Shown piece after piece: positions 1-13,100 of a stretch of 64,000 nucleotides of DNA (position 1 is the stretch's first letter; each line of letters starts with the position of its first letter). A model generated the notes under the pieces. The model was not told the DNA's origin. It made no database searches and saw nothing but the letters and a program-made list of their open reading frames with translations. Source of the DNA: Trichinella spiralis (Eukaryota); NCBI RefSeq assembly GCF_000181795.1, contig NW_003526943.1:746487-810486 (forward strand), in the 5' to 3' direction. The translations under genes and the position numbers were made by a program.

Positions 1-350
1 ATAAAGTATTGTCTAATTTGCTTTTTGTTCTGGCTCAAGGCTTTATTTATTTTCCGAGTTTTGCTTATTTATTATTATTCGTCTTCCATTAATATATATT
101 AATATTATCCAACTGCAGAATCAATCATCCGGTTTTATATATCATTCGTATATATATATAATAGATGAATGTTTCTAAGTTTTTCTTGCACAAACTTTCA
201 TTAACTTAGGACTGACGCTCAAAAATCACTTTGTTGTTGCTGTTGTTGTTGTTACTTGAATTCATTTAATGAACTAAGCATTATTATTAATAACGAACGT
301 TTGAGATTTATTTGAAAAAAATTAATAAAATATAAATAACAAAAAATAAC

Positions 351-3300
351 TTAAATTTGCATGTCATCATCCATAGAATCAGAAGAAAGCAAGCCTTGCT
401 GCAGTGTTGGTTCGCAAGTGTGGCTGGTATTGTTTTGATCAACGCTTCGAATTAATGACAAAATTTTCGACTGAATACTTGCACTTGGTGATCGTTTTTT
501 CCTCGGCTTAAATTCTTCCAATCCTCGATGCACCTCAATTGAACCGTAATGGGCAGAACGTAGTCGACCGATGTGATTAGCAAAATCTGCCGTTGTTAAA
601 CTTTCCACAGTCGGCTTGTTGTAAAGCTTCAACATCAACGATGAAGTAACGACACTAACTGAAGACAACGCCATCGCCGCTGCTGCCATCCAAGGTTGCA
701 AACCAAATCCAATTGTACGAAATGCGCCTTCAAATTCAAATACAAATTCATACATACATACATTCTTACACGAACATACATACAGAAATGTAAAGTTTAT
801 TATTAAACTAAAAAAATTACTTATATTAATCATATTTTACAGTTTCTCCAATAAAAACTAATCCAAGAAGAACAATTAATTAATTACCAGCAGCAACAGG
901 AATACTCAACAAATTGTAGATAGATGCAAATAAAAAATTGATCCATATTCGTCGGGTAGTTTTCTGTGATAAATCAATTGCTGCAACTACATCTAACAGA
1001 TTGTTCTTAAAATAAATTTTTTTTTCATTTTATTATTATTCAACTTTGGCACATCAGTAAAAAAGTAATAAAATGAAAATACCTTAATTAAAACAATGCT
1101 CGCAGATTCTATAGCAACATCCGCACCGGCAGCTATTGCAATGCCAACATCTGCTGCAGCCAGTGCTGGACTATCATTGATTCCATCACCAACCATGGCC
1201 ACCTGATAAATGTAAAATTAGAAAAAAAGTAATAACCTCAAGATTCAAAAAAATCTACCTATTAAAAAACATTCCAAATAAGTGCAAACAAATTTACCGA
1301 GCTGAATTCTACTTATTAATTTAACAATAGCAAAATTATTTTATTTTATTCAAAATAGCTACAATTCAACTAGGTGTAAAATATTATATACAAATAGAAA
1401 CTTACCACTTCATTGCGCCTTTGCAACTGCTCTACTTTAATTTTCTTGTGATTTGGAAGAACCTCTGCAAAAACCACTGATATCCCTATCTAAATGAACC
1501 ATAATGAATCTCACACTGATTCTTCAATTTAACAATACTGTTTTAATAGGGAACATGTCTAAATACTTCATCACACATAAAACACAAATTACCAACTGCT
1601 TCAAAGCATTTCATTTCAAATTATCACAGAACATTTTTTAAAAAAATATTAAAATTGCATGAAATACCTGCTTTGCCGTTGCAGCGGCTGTTCTACAGTT
1701 GTCACCAGTTAACAAAATAGTTTTCAATCCCATCTTCTGTAAACTGTAAACCGCTAAAGCGGATTCCGCTTTAACGCAATCGGCAACGGAGAATACACTG
1801 ACAACTTTTCCTAGAAATACATACATATATAACATATTACATTGCATCGAATAAAAGATTTGACAAACCGTTTATTGCTACCAAGACAGCTATTCGACCC
1901 ATTTGTTCCTCTGAAGACATCACCCCGTCTACTTCATTTGTAATCTGTATACCGTGTTTGTCAAGCCATTTTCGATTACCAATTAAAACTTCCCATTCTC
2001 GATTTGAACCCTCCTCCTTTGAGTGATCATCTGAATTCGCAAACGTATTTTCATAATTTCGTAATAATCGTTTAAAAATATTATCATATTATTGCCTGTG
2101 TTTACAAGAATTTGTTCATTATAGGAAGATGGTGGCAAGCCAAAATTGTAATTCACAACTTCAACGTCATTTAAAAATGATACGTTGCCTTTTTCTGCTA
2201 ACTTTTCGCTTTTTTGCATCATCATTTCCACATCCGATACTATACAACGAACACCGTGACCTGGTGATGTTTGAAACAGTTTGCATACACCAAATCGTTC
2301 AGTTTTCAAAAACTATGTTTAAACAATAATTTAAACATTAAAATAGATAATAATAATAATAATAACACAACAACAGTGATAATTCTTACTTGTTTCACAT
2401 GAGCAGTAATTGCTTCAGCTATTGGATGCTCAGAATTCGATTCAGCTGTACCAATGATGGCGAGCAAATAGTGCAGAGAAATATCTATTTCATTTACAAA
2501 TAAACAAATTTTTGTCAATTTTGGCTTTCCTTGAGTGACCGTTCCTGTTTTATCAAAAATAATGGTCGTAATCTGAAAATTAAAAAAAATAAACTAAAAT
2601 GCTAAGAACTATTTATTTTAATTAAAAAAAATGTTCTTACTTTGTGCGCAAGTTCCAGTGGTTCACCTCCTTTGATCAATATACCATTCTTCGCTCCAAC
2701 TCCAGTGCCAACCATGACGGCTGTTGGAGTAGCTAAACCCAATGAACACGGGCACGCAATCGCCAATACCGTAATAGCACAGTCAAATGCAAATTTGAAT
2801 ATCAATTCTAAATTCTGAATGTGATCCGCATGCGCATTACTCGAATGTACGGAATGATTTTGATGTACAGGTTCCAAAAACATACAATGTCCCTAAATGA
2901 AACAAATAATCAGATCAATGTCTTTTTTTCCAATTTGTGAATCTTACTCCAAATGAATTGCGAATAATATCAACATCAATAAAACCAATAATTAACCATA
3001 TGATCCAAGTTAATGAAGCAATCAAAATTACACCAGGAACAAAATAGCTAGCAATTTTGTCAGCCAAATGTTGAATAGGTGCCTGAAATACAAAATACAT
3101 AAAAATAAGCCATTCATGAAAATTAACATTTCTATCGTATTGATGTGATGTATTTATAAATGGAATGAATATACATTATAAATGTATTTTCAACATCAAC
3201 TGTTGTATCAAAGACAAAAATGTTAAAATAATCATCTGTATGAAAAATTTCAACGCATAAAATGATCGATCATAAACATCCATTTATAAATATACTTTTG

Positions 3301-6300
3301 AAGTTTGCGCTTCTTCGACAAGTTTAACAATTTGAGCAAGAGTCGAATCTTGAATAGCATGAGTAGCTTCTATGATGAGATTGCCGTTCAAATTAACAGA
3401 ACCACCAATTACTGTCGATCCTAAAACATAATATTAAAATAATAAACAAACAAACAAACAAACAAGTGAAGTTCTTTAGAACCTGGTGCTTTTGTGACCG
3501 GTAACGGCTCTCCGGTGATGTAACTTTCGTCAGCAGATGAACTTCCAAAAATCACTTTTCCATCTACTGGAATTTTTGCCCCAGGAACAACCTAAACATA
3601 AATTTGCCAATAAATTTTCAAATATTTTAATTTTTGAAACAAAAAATGCTTTTTTGTCAATTTCAGCAAAATTTTGAAATAATATTTGCATGTTGCAAGG
3701 AAGCAAATAAATGTTTATTAAATTTGTTTCTAAGCAAAATACAAAGGAAGAGAAGAAAATACCCACTTTTAAATAGTCACCAATTTGCACCAGTTCTAAA
3801 TCAATGCTTGCTTCAGACAATATTTCATTGTTGTTACCAAGTTGAACGATGGTTGCATCTTTTGCTTGTAATGTCATCAACTTACTAAGTACTTCAGAAG
3901 TTTTTGCCTAAATTTTATTTATTATTTTTAAAAAAATCAATAAAATTTGCTTGAATTTTTAATAATTTTCATCAGCTAACAAACAACAACAACAGACAAG
4001 AACTGTTACCTTGGCAATACTTTCAAGCCATCTTCCAAGAGATATGAACATCAACAACATTGGTGGAACGTCGAAAAATGTCATAGGGCTGATCGACCAT
4101 TTCGATAAAACTGCAGCAATTAAAACAATCACCGAATATATATACGAAATAGTTGTCGCCAAAACAATCAGCACATCCATATTAGCGGTACAATGCTTGA
4201 ACGCTTTGTACGATTTCACATAAAAATATCGACCACCAAGGAACTGAAAAACCAAAGAATTAAAATTCAAACAAGAAAATTAATAAATAAATGCAAATCA
4301 CAAACCTGAATTGGGGTGCACAGCAAAAATAATAAAAGATTATCAAAAGACAGACCGGGAATCACATGCCACTGATTTTCAGGTTTGTCCATTGTATGTA
4401 GAATCCAATGATAATAAACCATCACACCCATCACTGGCAACCCAAATAAAAGAGAGATGAGGAATGATTTTTTCCATCTAAAAAACCAATAATTAAATTA
4501 TTAACAACTTTATTTTGTTACAAAAAAATATCATCATTTTTTATTCTTATTGTCTTATTCTTATATACATATACAACGTATAGGTGTATTGAAATAAAAA
4601 TTTACTGGTGCAATTTTATCATATTAAATGTTACATTTCTAAAATTGAATAAATGAAGATCATTCACTATATCCCTTTAAATACTTATGTTTAAAAAGGC
4701 GGAAAAAATAAATCTATTATAAAATCAATTGATTAACTTTACAACTGATAAACCAAATATCAATAATAATATCATCTAATAATAATAATAATAATATGAT
4801 AAACAAAGCAGTGTAAGCAAAGATGAACCTGTTGAATTTAAATTAATGAAATCAACGATAATTTACCTGCTAATATCATGATTATGACTCAATGCAGCCG
4901 ATCGATTCTCTTTGCTCAAAAGTGAACATGAATAACCGAGATCCTAATAATTTGAATAAATAATTACACTTGATTATAAAATGAAATAATAATATAAAAA
5001 TAAAACAACCTCAATACATTTCATAATAGATCTAGGAGTACATTGATTTGGTTCATAAATAAAAACACCACTTGAATTTGTCAAAGTAACTTCAGCATCG
5101 ACAACTCCACGCAAATTCTTCACATTCCTTTCAATTCGGTGTACGCAAGATGTACAAGTCATGCCGACAATCTGTTTCAAACATAAATTATAATATTCAA
5201 ATTTATCAATTCTATTGAGATAATAAACAAATTCTACCATTAACTCGAGTTTCCTTTTAGTAGCTGTGCTCTGTTCCATCAATTTGCAAGCAAATCCCAT
5301 GTCTTCGACAAAATTAACAATTTGACTAGGCAATATCACGGTCGCATCGTATGTCACATCAGCTTTGCCGGCAATCAACGAAACCAACACTTTATTGATA
5401 CCTGGTGAATGAAAAAAATAAACAAGCAAGTAAACAAATAAATAAATAAATAAATAATGTACAAACTCACCATCAACGTTCATCAAATTACGCTCAATGT
5501 TAGCTACACAAGATGCGCATGTCATTCCTTCTATTGCCAGCGTACATCGTTCGAATTCGTGTTGTTGTCCGTCGCCGACAAACATCCGTGCTTGCAATTT
5601 CTGCATATCAATATGCACTGCAGTTGATGATGATAATTTTCTTTTAGAAATTATATTATTTTCAAATTTATTTTTTCTAACGTTTAAACTTTTCCAACTT
5701 GAACCAACTCCAAGATAGTCAACTTCAAATGAATCTTCCTCCTTTGCTTTTCTTGTTGATGATTCTAAATAAATTAATTAATTAATCAATTAAACAACTA
5801 CAGATTGCTGAGCACTGTAATGAAAATTTTCCTTCAACTTCTGCATAAGTAAAAAGAGCAATTCTTGTATGCCAAGTCAATGAGCAAATATTGCAAAAGG
5901 CAAACAAAAACTAGTCAACTTAACAACTGCTTTAAGATAAAAATGTCCAACATGTTTATCATCTACAAATGTTGCTGTCAATATATTGTTTACTACATTT
6001 CACCATGTAATCTTTCATGTGCTACATTTCTGTAAATTTTGCTTCTTGAATTTGAAATGAACAAAATGTGTTTGATGTGAATAAAACAATCAGTTGTCTA
6101 TGGGTGAACTTCAGTGTAATTTTCTATAACTTATAGCACATGTTAAATTACTGTGCAACATATACTAATAAAATAATCATTCTTATGTACTGTAGAACAA
6201 ATACATCAACAAAATTCAACCTTTACACAGAGACAAATAAACACATACACACATATATGTATACAATTGTAATTTGTTCACGCTAATAATTTGATGATAG

Positions 6301-7656
6301 CTCATAAAATTTATATTTTATTTCAATGAATATAATATATATACATCTGTGCAAGAATTCAGTCATTAAATAATTCATTATTTAATAAAAATTCATTAAT
6401 GAGAACTTTTCAACAATTAACCAATACAACTAACTGCACAAATTCTACTGCAAATCGAATTATCAAATATTCAAGCACTTTATTTTACGAGCCTTATTAA
6501 TTTACACTAAATAAGAAAAGTTCAACCTTACTGAAATATCATAAAATCGTGCTATTTTCTTAACCTATCCAAAACTTAAGCTTCAAATCAAACATTACTG
6601 AATAAAGTATGAATATTTTTCTCTACTTAAAATTATGCAATTACTGGAAATATTAATTTATTTTAAGTTTCAAAAATTATATTAATGAATCAACTCATAA
6701 TAAGCATCTCTTTCCATTTGTCCGCGTTATCGTTTGTTATTAAAAATTTAATTTTAAAAAAACTTCCTTAAATTAAATCAAAATTTCAATTTCCATTTTT
6801 GATACTGAAAAACATTACTTTTAAACTGCCAAAGACATATAATCATAGCCTGTGACTAGATTCCATCAATTTGTACTATTTTCACATATTCAATATTGAC
6901 CATTGTTACATGTTCACTAGATAAAAAAAAGAATTGCATACCTTCAGTAGAAATGCTAGCTTCATATCCCATATCATTAATGGCATCGATGATTTGGCGA
7001 GCAGTACAACGTTGAGCATCGTAAAGGACAATCCCTGAATTGGTAACTGCGTTAAAAGTTGCTTTCAGAAGCGGCAGTCGAGATAAAAGTGCCTTTGAAA
7101 GATTCATTTCACAAGATTTACAAGTCATTCCAACAACGTTAAGATTGCATTCTTTTACTGATGGAGATAAATGTTCTAAATTTGAAATATTCGTTTTCAC
7201 AATCGAAAAGCCGGCTTCTTCTATTGATTGAACCATCTGCAACACGTCGATATGGTTAATATTGTATGCAACGTAAGCACATTTCTCTTCGACAACAACT
7301 TTCACTTTATAAACGCCTTGCAATGCTAAAAGAGTTCTTTGCACAGACGATGCACAAGATTGACAAGTCATTCCAGAAATTACTAATTTAACCGCTAAAT
7401 AAGAATCTTCCAAAACAACACTGCTACAAAATTTAGTTAATATTGACATCAGATCTTTCACACACAATGTATCCGACAAATGAAGCACTTCACAAACACG
7501 ATCAGACGTCCATTCAACAAAAACAATTCCCTCAGTAGACATTAATATATTGTTTAAACTGCTCGAAGAAGACAACTCAACTAATTCATCAAAACAAAAA
7601 ATTGATAACAATAAACAGTGTTTCTTCACATTCGACATTATGACGTTGTATTTCAT
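351..7656 (-). CDS. ATP7: Copper-transporting P1B-type ATPase (ATP7A/B, cua-1 orthologue), multi-exon
   Basis: Four metal-binding motifs (GMTCQSC, GMTCKSC, GMTCASC, GMTCTSC), TGEP, CPC ([13 protein letters not shown]), DKTGT (~2535-2555), [26 protein letters not shown] and MALSS. The C-terminus [14 protein letters not shown] has a dileucine/acidic character. An upstream exon beyond 7656 cannot be excluded. Confidence 0.95.
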
Positions 7657-7914
7657 CTGAATACCAAGCAGAAGTTAATGCAAAAGTTGTTGCTTTAACA
7701 GTTCAACAAAGATTCCAAGATTAAAAACTGACGTTTTCGCAATGCCTAAAATTACAGCTTGTAAAAACGCAGAAATTGTCCAATACACGCACAAACAACT
7801 GCAGATCTACTAAATACAAACTCTTCACCTGTATATTACATCTTCATAAATTAACACAAAAATTAAACAAAACAATATATCTCTAAGAAATGAGTATGAT
7901 AAGAAAAAAAATAA

Positions 7915-7917
<3 letters not shown>

Positions 7918-7966
<49 letters not shown>
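7918..7966. repeat. (AT)n microsatellite
   Basis: Perfect AT dinucleotide run of about 49 nt between the divergent ATP7 and ATG101 genes. Confidence 0.95.
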
Positions 7967-7971
<5 letters not shown>

Positions 7972-8605
7972 ACGATAATTTTATAATACAAAAATCTATC
8001 AAGCAAATATTCATAGACATGCACAGAAAGTTTAAGAAAACAATTTAAAAACTTGCAAAGCAACATATCTAAATTTAATTTAAAATAACAATAATGAAAC
8101 GTGAAAAATATTCAACAAAATTTTTCATAAAAAAGACGTGTATATACATATGGAAATTTTACTTAAAAATGAACTGATACCATTTTCAATAATGAAACAT
8201 TAAACATTTAGAGGTGGCTATTAATTGATCTGATAAAAAAACAATATCAAAAATATAATTTCAAACATAAAATTTAAAAAAACAAAAATTACCGTACGAA
8301 TTAAACTTGAGTGTAAATTTTGTACAAAAATTTTTTTTGATATAATTCTTAAATAAATAATTTTATATTAAAAATAATTTGCATTATGAATAAATACTGA
8401 ATTTTAATATTCTTTAAGTGAGACTATGTTAAGAATCATCCTTTAAGTGTAATTTTCTAATTAATAATAAAATGATCGATTATTTGTCCAAGTCGGTATT
8501 TATTCTTACTTTAACTTTTAAAAGCTTCATAATTATTAAATTGAAGATATTATCTACGCATCAATTATGCCAAATGTTGATAATTAAATGGCTTGTTCAA
8601 CGTAA

Positions 8606-8634
8606 AAAGTGATTTTAAGTTGCACTTTCATTAT
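8606..8634 (+). repeat. 29-nt direct repeat, copy 1 (copy 2 at 9951-9979)
   Basis: aaagtgattttaagttgCActttcattat versus aaagtgattttaagttgTGctttcattat, 27/29 identical. Confidence 0.9.
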
Positions 8635-8961
8635 CAGGGACATTATTTTAAAGTTAAAATTATTTTGACTATTAAAAAAATGTTTTAAATGACAGATCAT
8701 AATAAATTCCAAAAATAAAGAAAGTGAATTGATTATCAATGTACAGTATGGTATAAAATAAACTTACTTGCGTCTCTTACTGTAAAACAAGGAAATTGGG
8801 CAGTTCAGAGGCCGAGTGGAAGCTTAGTGCCAGTTCACTTGTCTTTGTTCTGTTCATGATGAGGAGGTTGTGAGCAATACGCATGCTACTGTAATCACAA
8901 AAATTACTGCCATTTGCCTGCCTGAATCCAATCTCTGTGTAGAGTTCTTGGGAAGAAGACG

Positions 8962-9618
8962 ATGAATGCTACTTGGCAACAGTTGGAAATTTCTCTCGAG
9001 CGACCGCAAATTGATGAAGCAGTGAACTGCATTTTCCACACGTTGATGTTGCACAGGTCGATGGGAAAGTTCCACTACAGAGGAGAAGGAAGGTTTCACG
9101 TCGGCACGTTAGGGACGGAAGATGTTGTGTGCGATTTGATGAATTTAACTTATGTACGCCTCTCATCAGCAGATTTGGCCAGCGCTTTGAGTCGCGATAT
9201 TGCAATTTTTGGAAATTTGATGCGTGAAAAAGAAGAAATTTACACTGGTTATATTTCGATCGAATTTTACGAAAAGCGTCGGCGTGGCTGGCCATTTGGT
9301 TTCGAAGCAGTACCTTGGGAAATTTGGATGGTTCACGTTAATGTGGTCAATCCGACCACCATTCACGAACATTTTCAATATCGTGATCTGGTAGGCGACT
9401 CTTTGTCTGAAATAATTTTTCAAATTTGTGAACACATAAATCGTCCCGTTTATATGCCCAAAATGCCGATCATGTCCGAGCTGAATCTCGTCTTCAACAC
9501 TGGATTCAGAGATGTGCAGCCATATTTGTACACAATTAGGCATCATTTGAATCCAAATGGAAAATTGTCAATAACTTCTGCTGTTCACAGGCTTATCCGT
9601 GGCACGATTGCAATGTAG
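8962..9618 (+). CDS. ATG101: Autophagy-related protein 101 (HORMA domain), intronless CDS, 218 aa
   Basis: IFHTLMLHRSMGKFHY...GTLGTEDVVCD, ISIEFYEKRRRGWPF (WF finger), VPWEIW, YMPKMP and DVQPYLY match ATG101 conserved blocks. AATAAA at 9948. Confidence 0.93.
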   Translation: MNATWQQLEISLERPQIDEAVNCIFHTLMLHRSMGKFHYRGEGRFHVGTLGTEDVVCDLMNLTYVRLSSADLASALSRDIAIFGNLMREKEEIYTGYISIEFYEKRRRGWPFGFEAVPWEIWMVHVNVVNPTTIHEHFQYRDLVGDSLSEIIFQICEHINRPVYMPKMPIMSELNLVFNTGFRDVQPYLYTIRHHLNPNGKLSITSAVHRLIRGTIAM

Positions 9619-9950
9619 TAAAGTGAATGTAGTTTCAAATTGAATCTACATTTTCATTCTGGCCTTTAAAGAATGTCTTATTTGTTTTGTTTTTTTTTCT
9701 TTTTCTGTAATTTTTCCCCAGTTAGGCATATTTCACATTGTTTGTTTCTCAATTGAAAAAAGAAGAAGAAGAAGAAGAAACCGTTCTTGCCATTGTCCTA
9801 ATGGTGTTGTTGAAATCCAGCTGAGCTGGTATATGGCTTAATTTAATGTTCACACCTCAGTTTTCTCATGTCTGTGCTTTATATTATTTCTTTTCTTTTC
9901 TGATCAGGTGATTTTCATTTTACATTTATTGTGCTTGTTTGTGTTTCAAT

Positions 9951-9979
9951 AAAGTGATTTTAAGTTGTGCTTTCATTAT
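9951..9979 (+). repeat. 29-nt direct repeat, copy 2
   Basis: Matches 8606-8634 at 27/29 positions and overlaps the AATAAA at 9948-9953. Confidence 0.9.
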
Positions 9980-10159
9980 TTGGTATTTGTTGTTGTTGTT
10001 GTTGTTTTTTTGCAATTACAGACAATCTCTTGGTTGCTTACTTTGTTTTTTATTTGCTAAAATGTTTGCTAATGATGCTAGTTTACGATGCTCTGCTCGT
10101 TAAGCACAGGAAGCCTGTGATAGAGAGGTTGAACTAGCCAGTTGTAATCAAAGCAACAA

Positions 10160-13100
10160 ATGCAAGGCGATTACGATCAAGCGGATGAAGCAGAAAGTAG
10201 ACGACCCAAATTTGGTACCAGATATTTGACGCAGGTGGATCAAGTTTACAAATACAATGCTTGGTAATAATCCGATTGTAAAAAATTTTTACCCTTTTTC
10301 TCTTTATGATCTACCATTATTGACCCAAGCTCAGCTATCAGGTCGGCTTTACATATATATATATATACATATATGTTTGCTGTGACGAACACCAATTGCG
10401 TAGTAAAAGTGGGCTTTTTGTTCAGGAAGAAAAAATCACTTCTCAAACCAGGAAAAAATATGAAGTATTTTTTAATTGAAAACGTGAAAATTGTTCCTCA
10501 ACGTCACCAATTCAGAACAAACAAACGTTGCAACTGATCATCTGATAATGAATCTCTTGATTTTTATGCATAACTTGAAAAGTACTTTTTTTACAATTTG
10601 AAATTCCGCCCCGCATCAATAATACGTCAGTATTGTCATTTAGAAATTTATTTCGTTTACAATATTTAGGGAAATATTTATTTAAAGAAAAATATTTTAT
10701 ACGTCATCAATTTCAGCTTGATTCAGTTGACTTTTAAATCATGAGAAAACATATGAATCAAACTATTGTTATTATTATCATTATCATATGATGTGTGTTC
10801 AACTGTGCGGTGTAAATTTTTGATAAACATTGACAACAAATCAGAGAAGTAAAGTGAATATTTAAATTTGTTTTTTAGGGATAACGTTCGTTGGAGTGAA
10901 GAACAAGAAGAAGAAGCAAAAGCGAAAATAAATGCAAACAAAGCAACATTAGTTTCATCCTCTGACGCAGGTATAATAAGTTTCTATATCAGATATAGAT
11001 GATGTATCATGCACATTAATTATGCGTGTGTGTGTGTGGGTATTTGTAGAACGTTACGAATGCGAAGCGAATAAATTTTGGGATCAATTTTATATCCAAC
11101 ATAATGTGCAATTTTTTAAAGATCGAAATTGGTTGTTTGCAGAATTTCCACAATTGGGAAATCTTGTTAAAAATACTACCTGCTCATCGTTGTCGAATAA
11201 TTTGAAAAAATCATATAAAATTCTCGAGGTAAGATGTTGTGTAAAATAGATAGAAAGGATATTGTGTGTGTGTGTGTGCATTATTCAATAAGAAGAATTC
11301 AGTTCTCTTTGTTGAGGTCGATTGGACTGATTTTTGTCCAATGTAATGCAATCATCAACCGCTTGAATAGTTTGGTGTCATACTGGGTTTATTGAGAGTT
11401 GTTGAACTTGTAGCCGAATCGTATGCAGACTTGTTGTAGAGGGGTGATGGAAGACAAATGAATGGAGTGTCCCAAAATAGTATTGTGTTCGCATAATAAT
11501 TAGCCAGTTTTGACTTTTATCCTTCCTGGTTCTGCAGCATTGCCATTGTTCATCACCAATCCATGCAAATTACGTAATCAGTTGGGTTGACCCAAATCTG
11601 TCAGAAGTAGGTTATTTATAACGTTTCTCTGTTGTAGAAGATTCAGGCGAAACTGTGCTTTGATGATGAACAGCAACTTGTCTCGCTTGAACAGTTCATA
11701 CATTGCTGATGTCGACTGAATTGTGATCATCGCATCAGTGGAACTAGTTTTAAACATATTTTCAAACCAGGATGTATAATTTTATATAATTTATAAAAAG
11801 ACAACAACAAAATATTTTCCTTCTTTAATCAGAGTAGCTTAAAGCTGACATTTCTTGATGATTTATTTAGCTTTCTTGTGCCTTTTTTCCTGTCTGTCTG
11901 CTTATCATTTATTTATTTTATCTTATTCTGATTAATTGAATTCGATGTTCGTTGTTCAAGTTGCTTTCATTTCTTAATTGTCACGTGTGCACGTTTGCTT
12001 TTAAAAATTAATATTTAATAATCTTAAAAACAACCTTTTATCAAGGTTGTTTAATGAATTTGAAAATGGTAATTTATCATAACTGAGAAGATAATTATAT
12101 CTGTCTTTTTATTTAAAATTCATATCGGCGGATAGATGAAATATTATCATTATTATTATTGTTGTTGTTGTTGTTGATTAAAATTGTTTAGATATTTATA
12201 CATGTAAAACGGAGTAAACTGAATGCAATTTTAGATTTACAGTTGAACAATGCATATATATGTAGATATTCAGGTATATAATTAATATGTTGAAATGGGA
12301 TATGATTCTACTATGTTATTCCAAGTTGCAACGACAAATAATATTTACTTGTTGGTTTTGGCAAAGCTTCAGAATAGTTGTATTGANTTGACTATTAATT
12401 NGATCNAATTACGACTGCTGTTAAATTCAANCTGAACCTTGGTGGCAAAAGAGTAGCAAAGGCAAGAGAGACAGACNGGAAATGGTGANATGAAATTATT
12501 TCACCACTATCAATTAACACACTGGCACAATATACTTAATTATTATTTACAACATACTTGCATCATGATTTTGAATGATGGGGCCGGTAAAAATAATGTA
12601 AGATTAAATTTTCTCATTTAAAACAAGGCCNAANNGAATCANCGTGCATTTNCTNCTACTGTTACTTCTTCTTCTTCTTCCTCCTCATTTATAGCTGTCT
12701 ATTATTCATAGAAAAATTAGATATTTTTCTTTCACTGTTTTATTATACTAATTATGTAATTGCTTTTTACAAATTGAACNTTCAAATAAATTGAAACTTT
12801 TCAATTACATATCCCAATAATATTACTACTAATGATGACCAATAATTTGTAATGGTGAAAGGTGAGATGTAAAATTAAATTAAATTATTATGAATACGAA
12901 TGTATTTGTGCGCTGAATTTCGTGCAGTTGTTTCATGAAATCAATAAACTGAGAACATCAACTCGACTTTTTATTCTTTATTTTTTATGATAATGTGAAA
13001 ACATTAATTTTCATACATTTTGAAAACATTTAAAATCAGAAAAAATTGCAATTTATTTATCATTTAATAGTTCCAAGTGAGCAATTTTTTATTTTTCAAC

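Noticed and set aside
8854..9546. Minus-strand ORFs (81, 108 and 126 aa) overlapping ATG101
   Set aside because: Antisense shadows of a real CDS, with no recognisable motifs.
11253..11262. Minus-strand ATATCCTTT, a perfect U12-type donor motif
   Set aside because: It is on the opposite strand to METTL2, and I found no supported upstream exon or matching branch point and AC acceptor.
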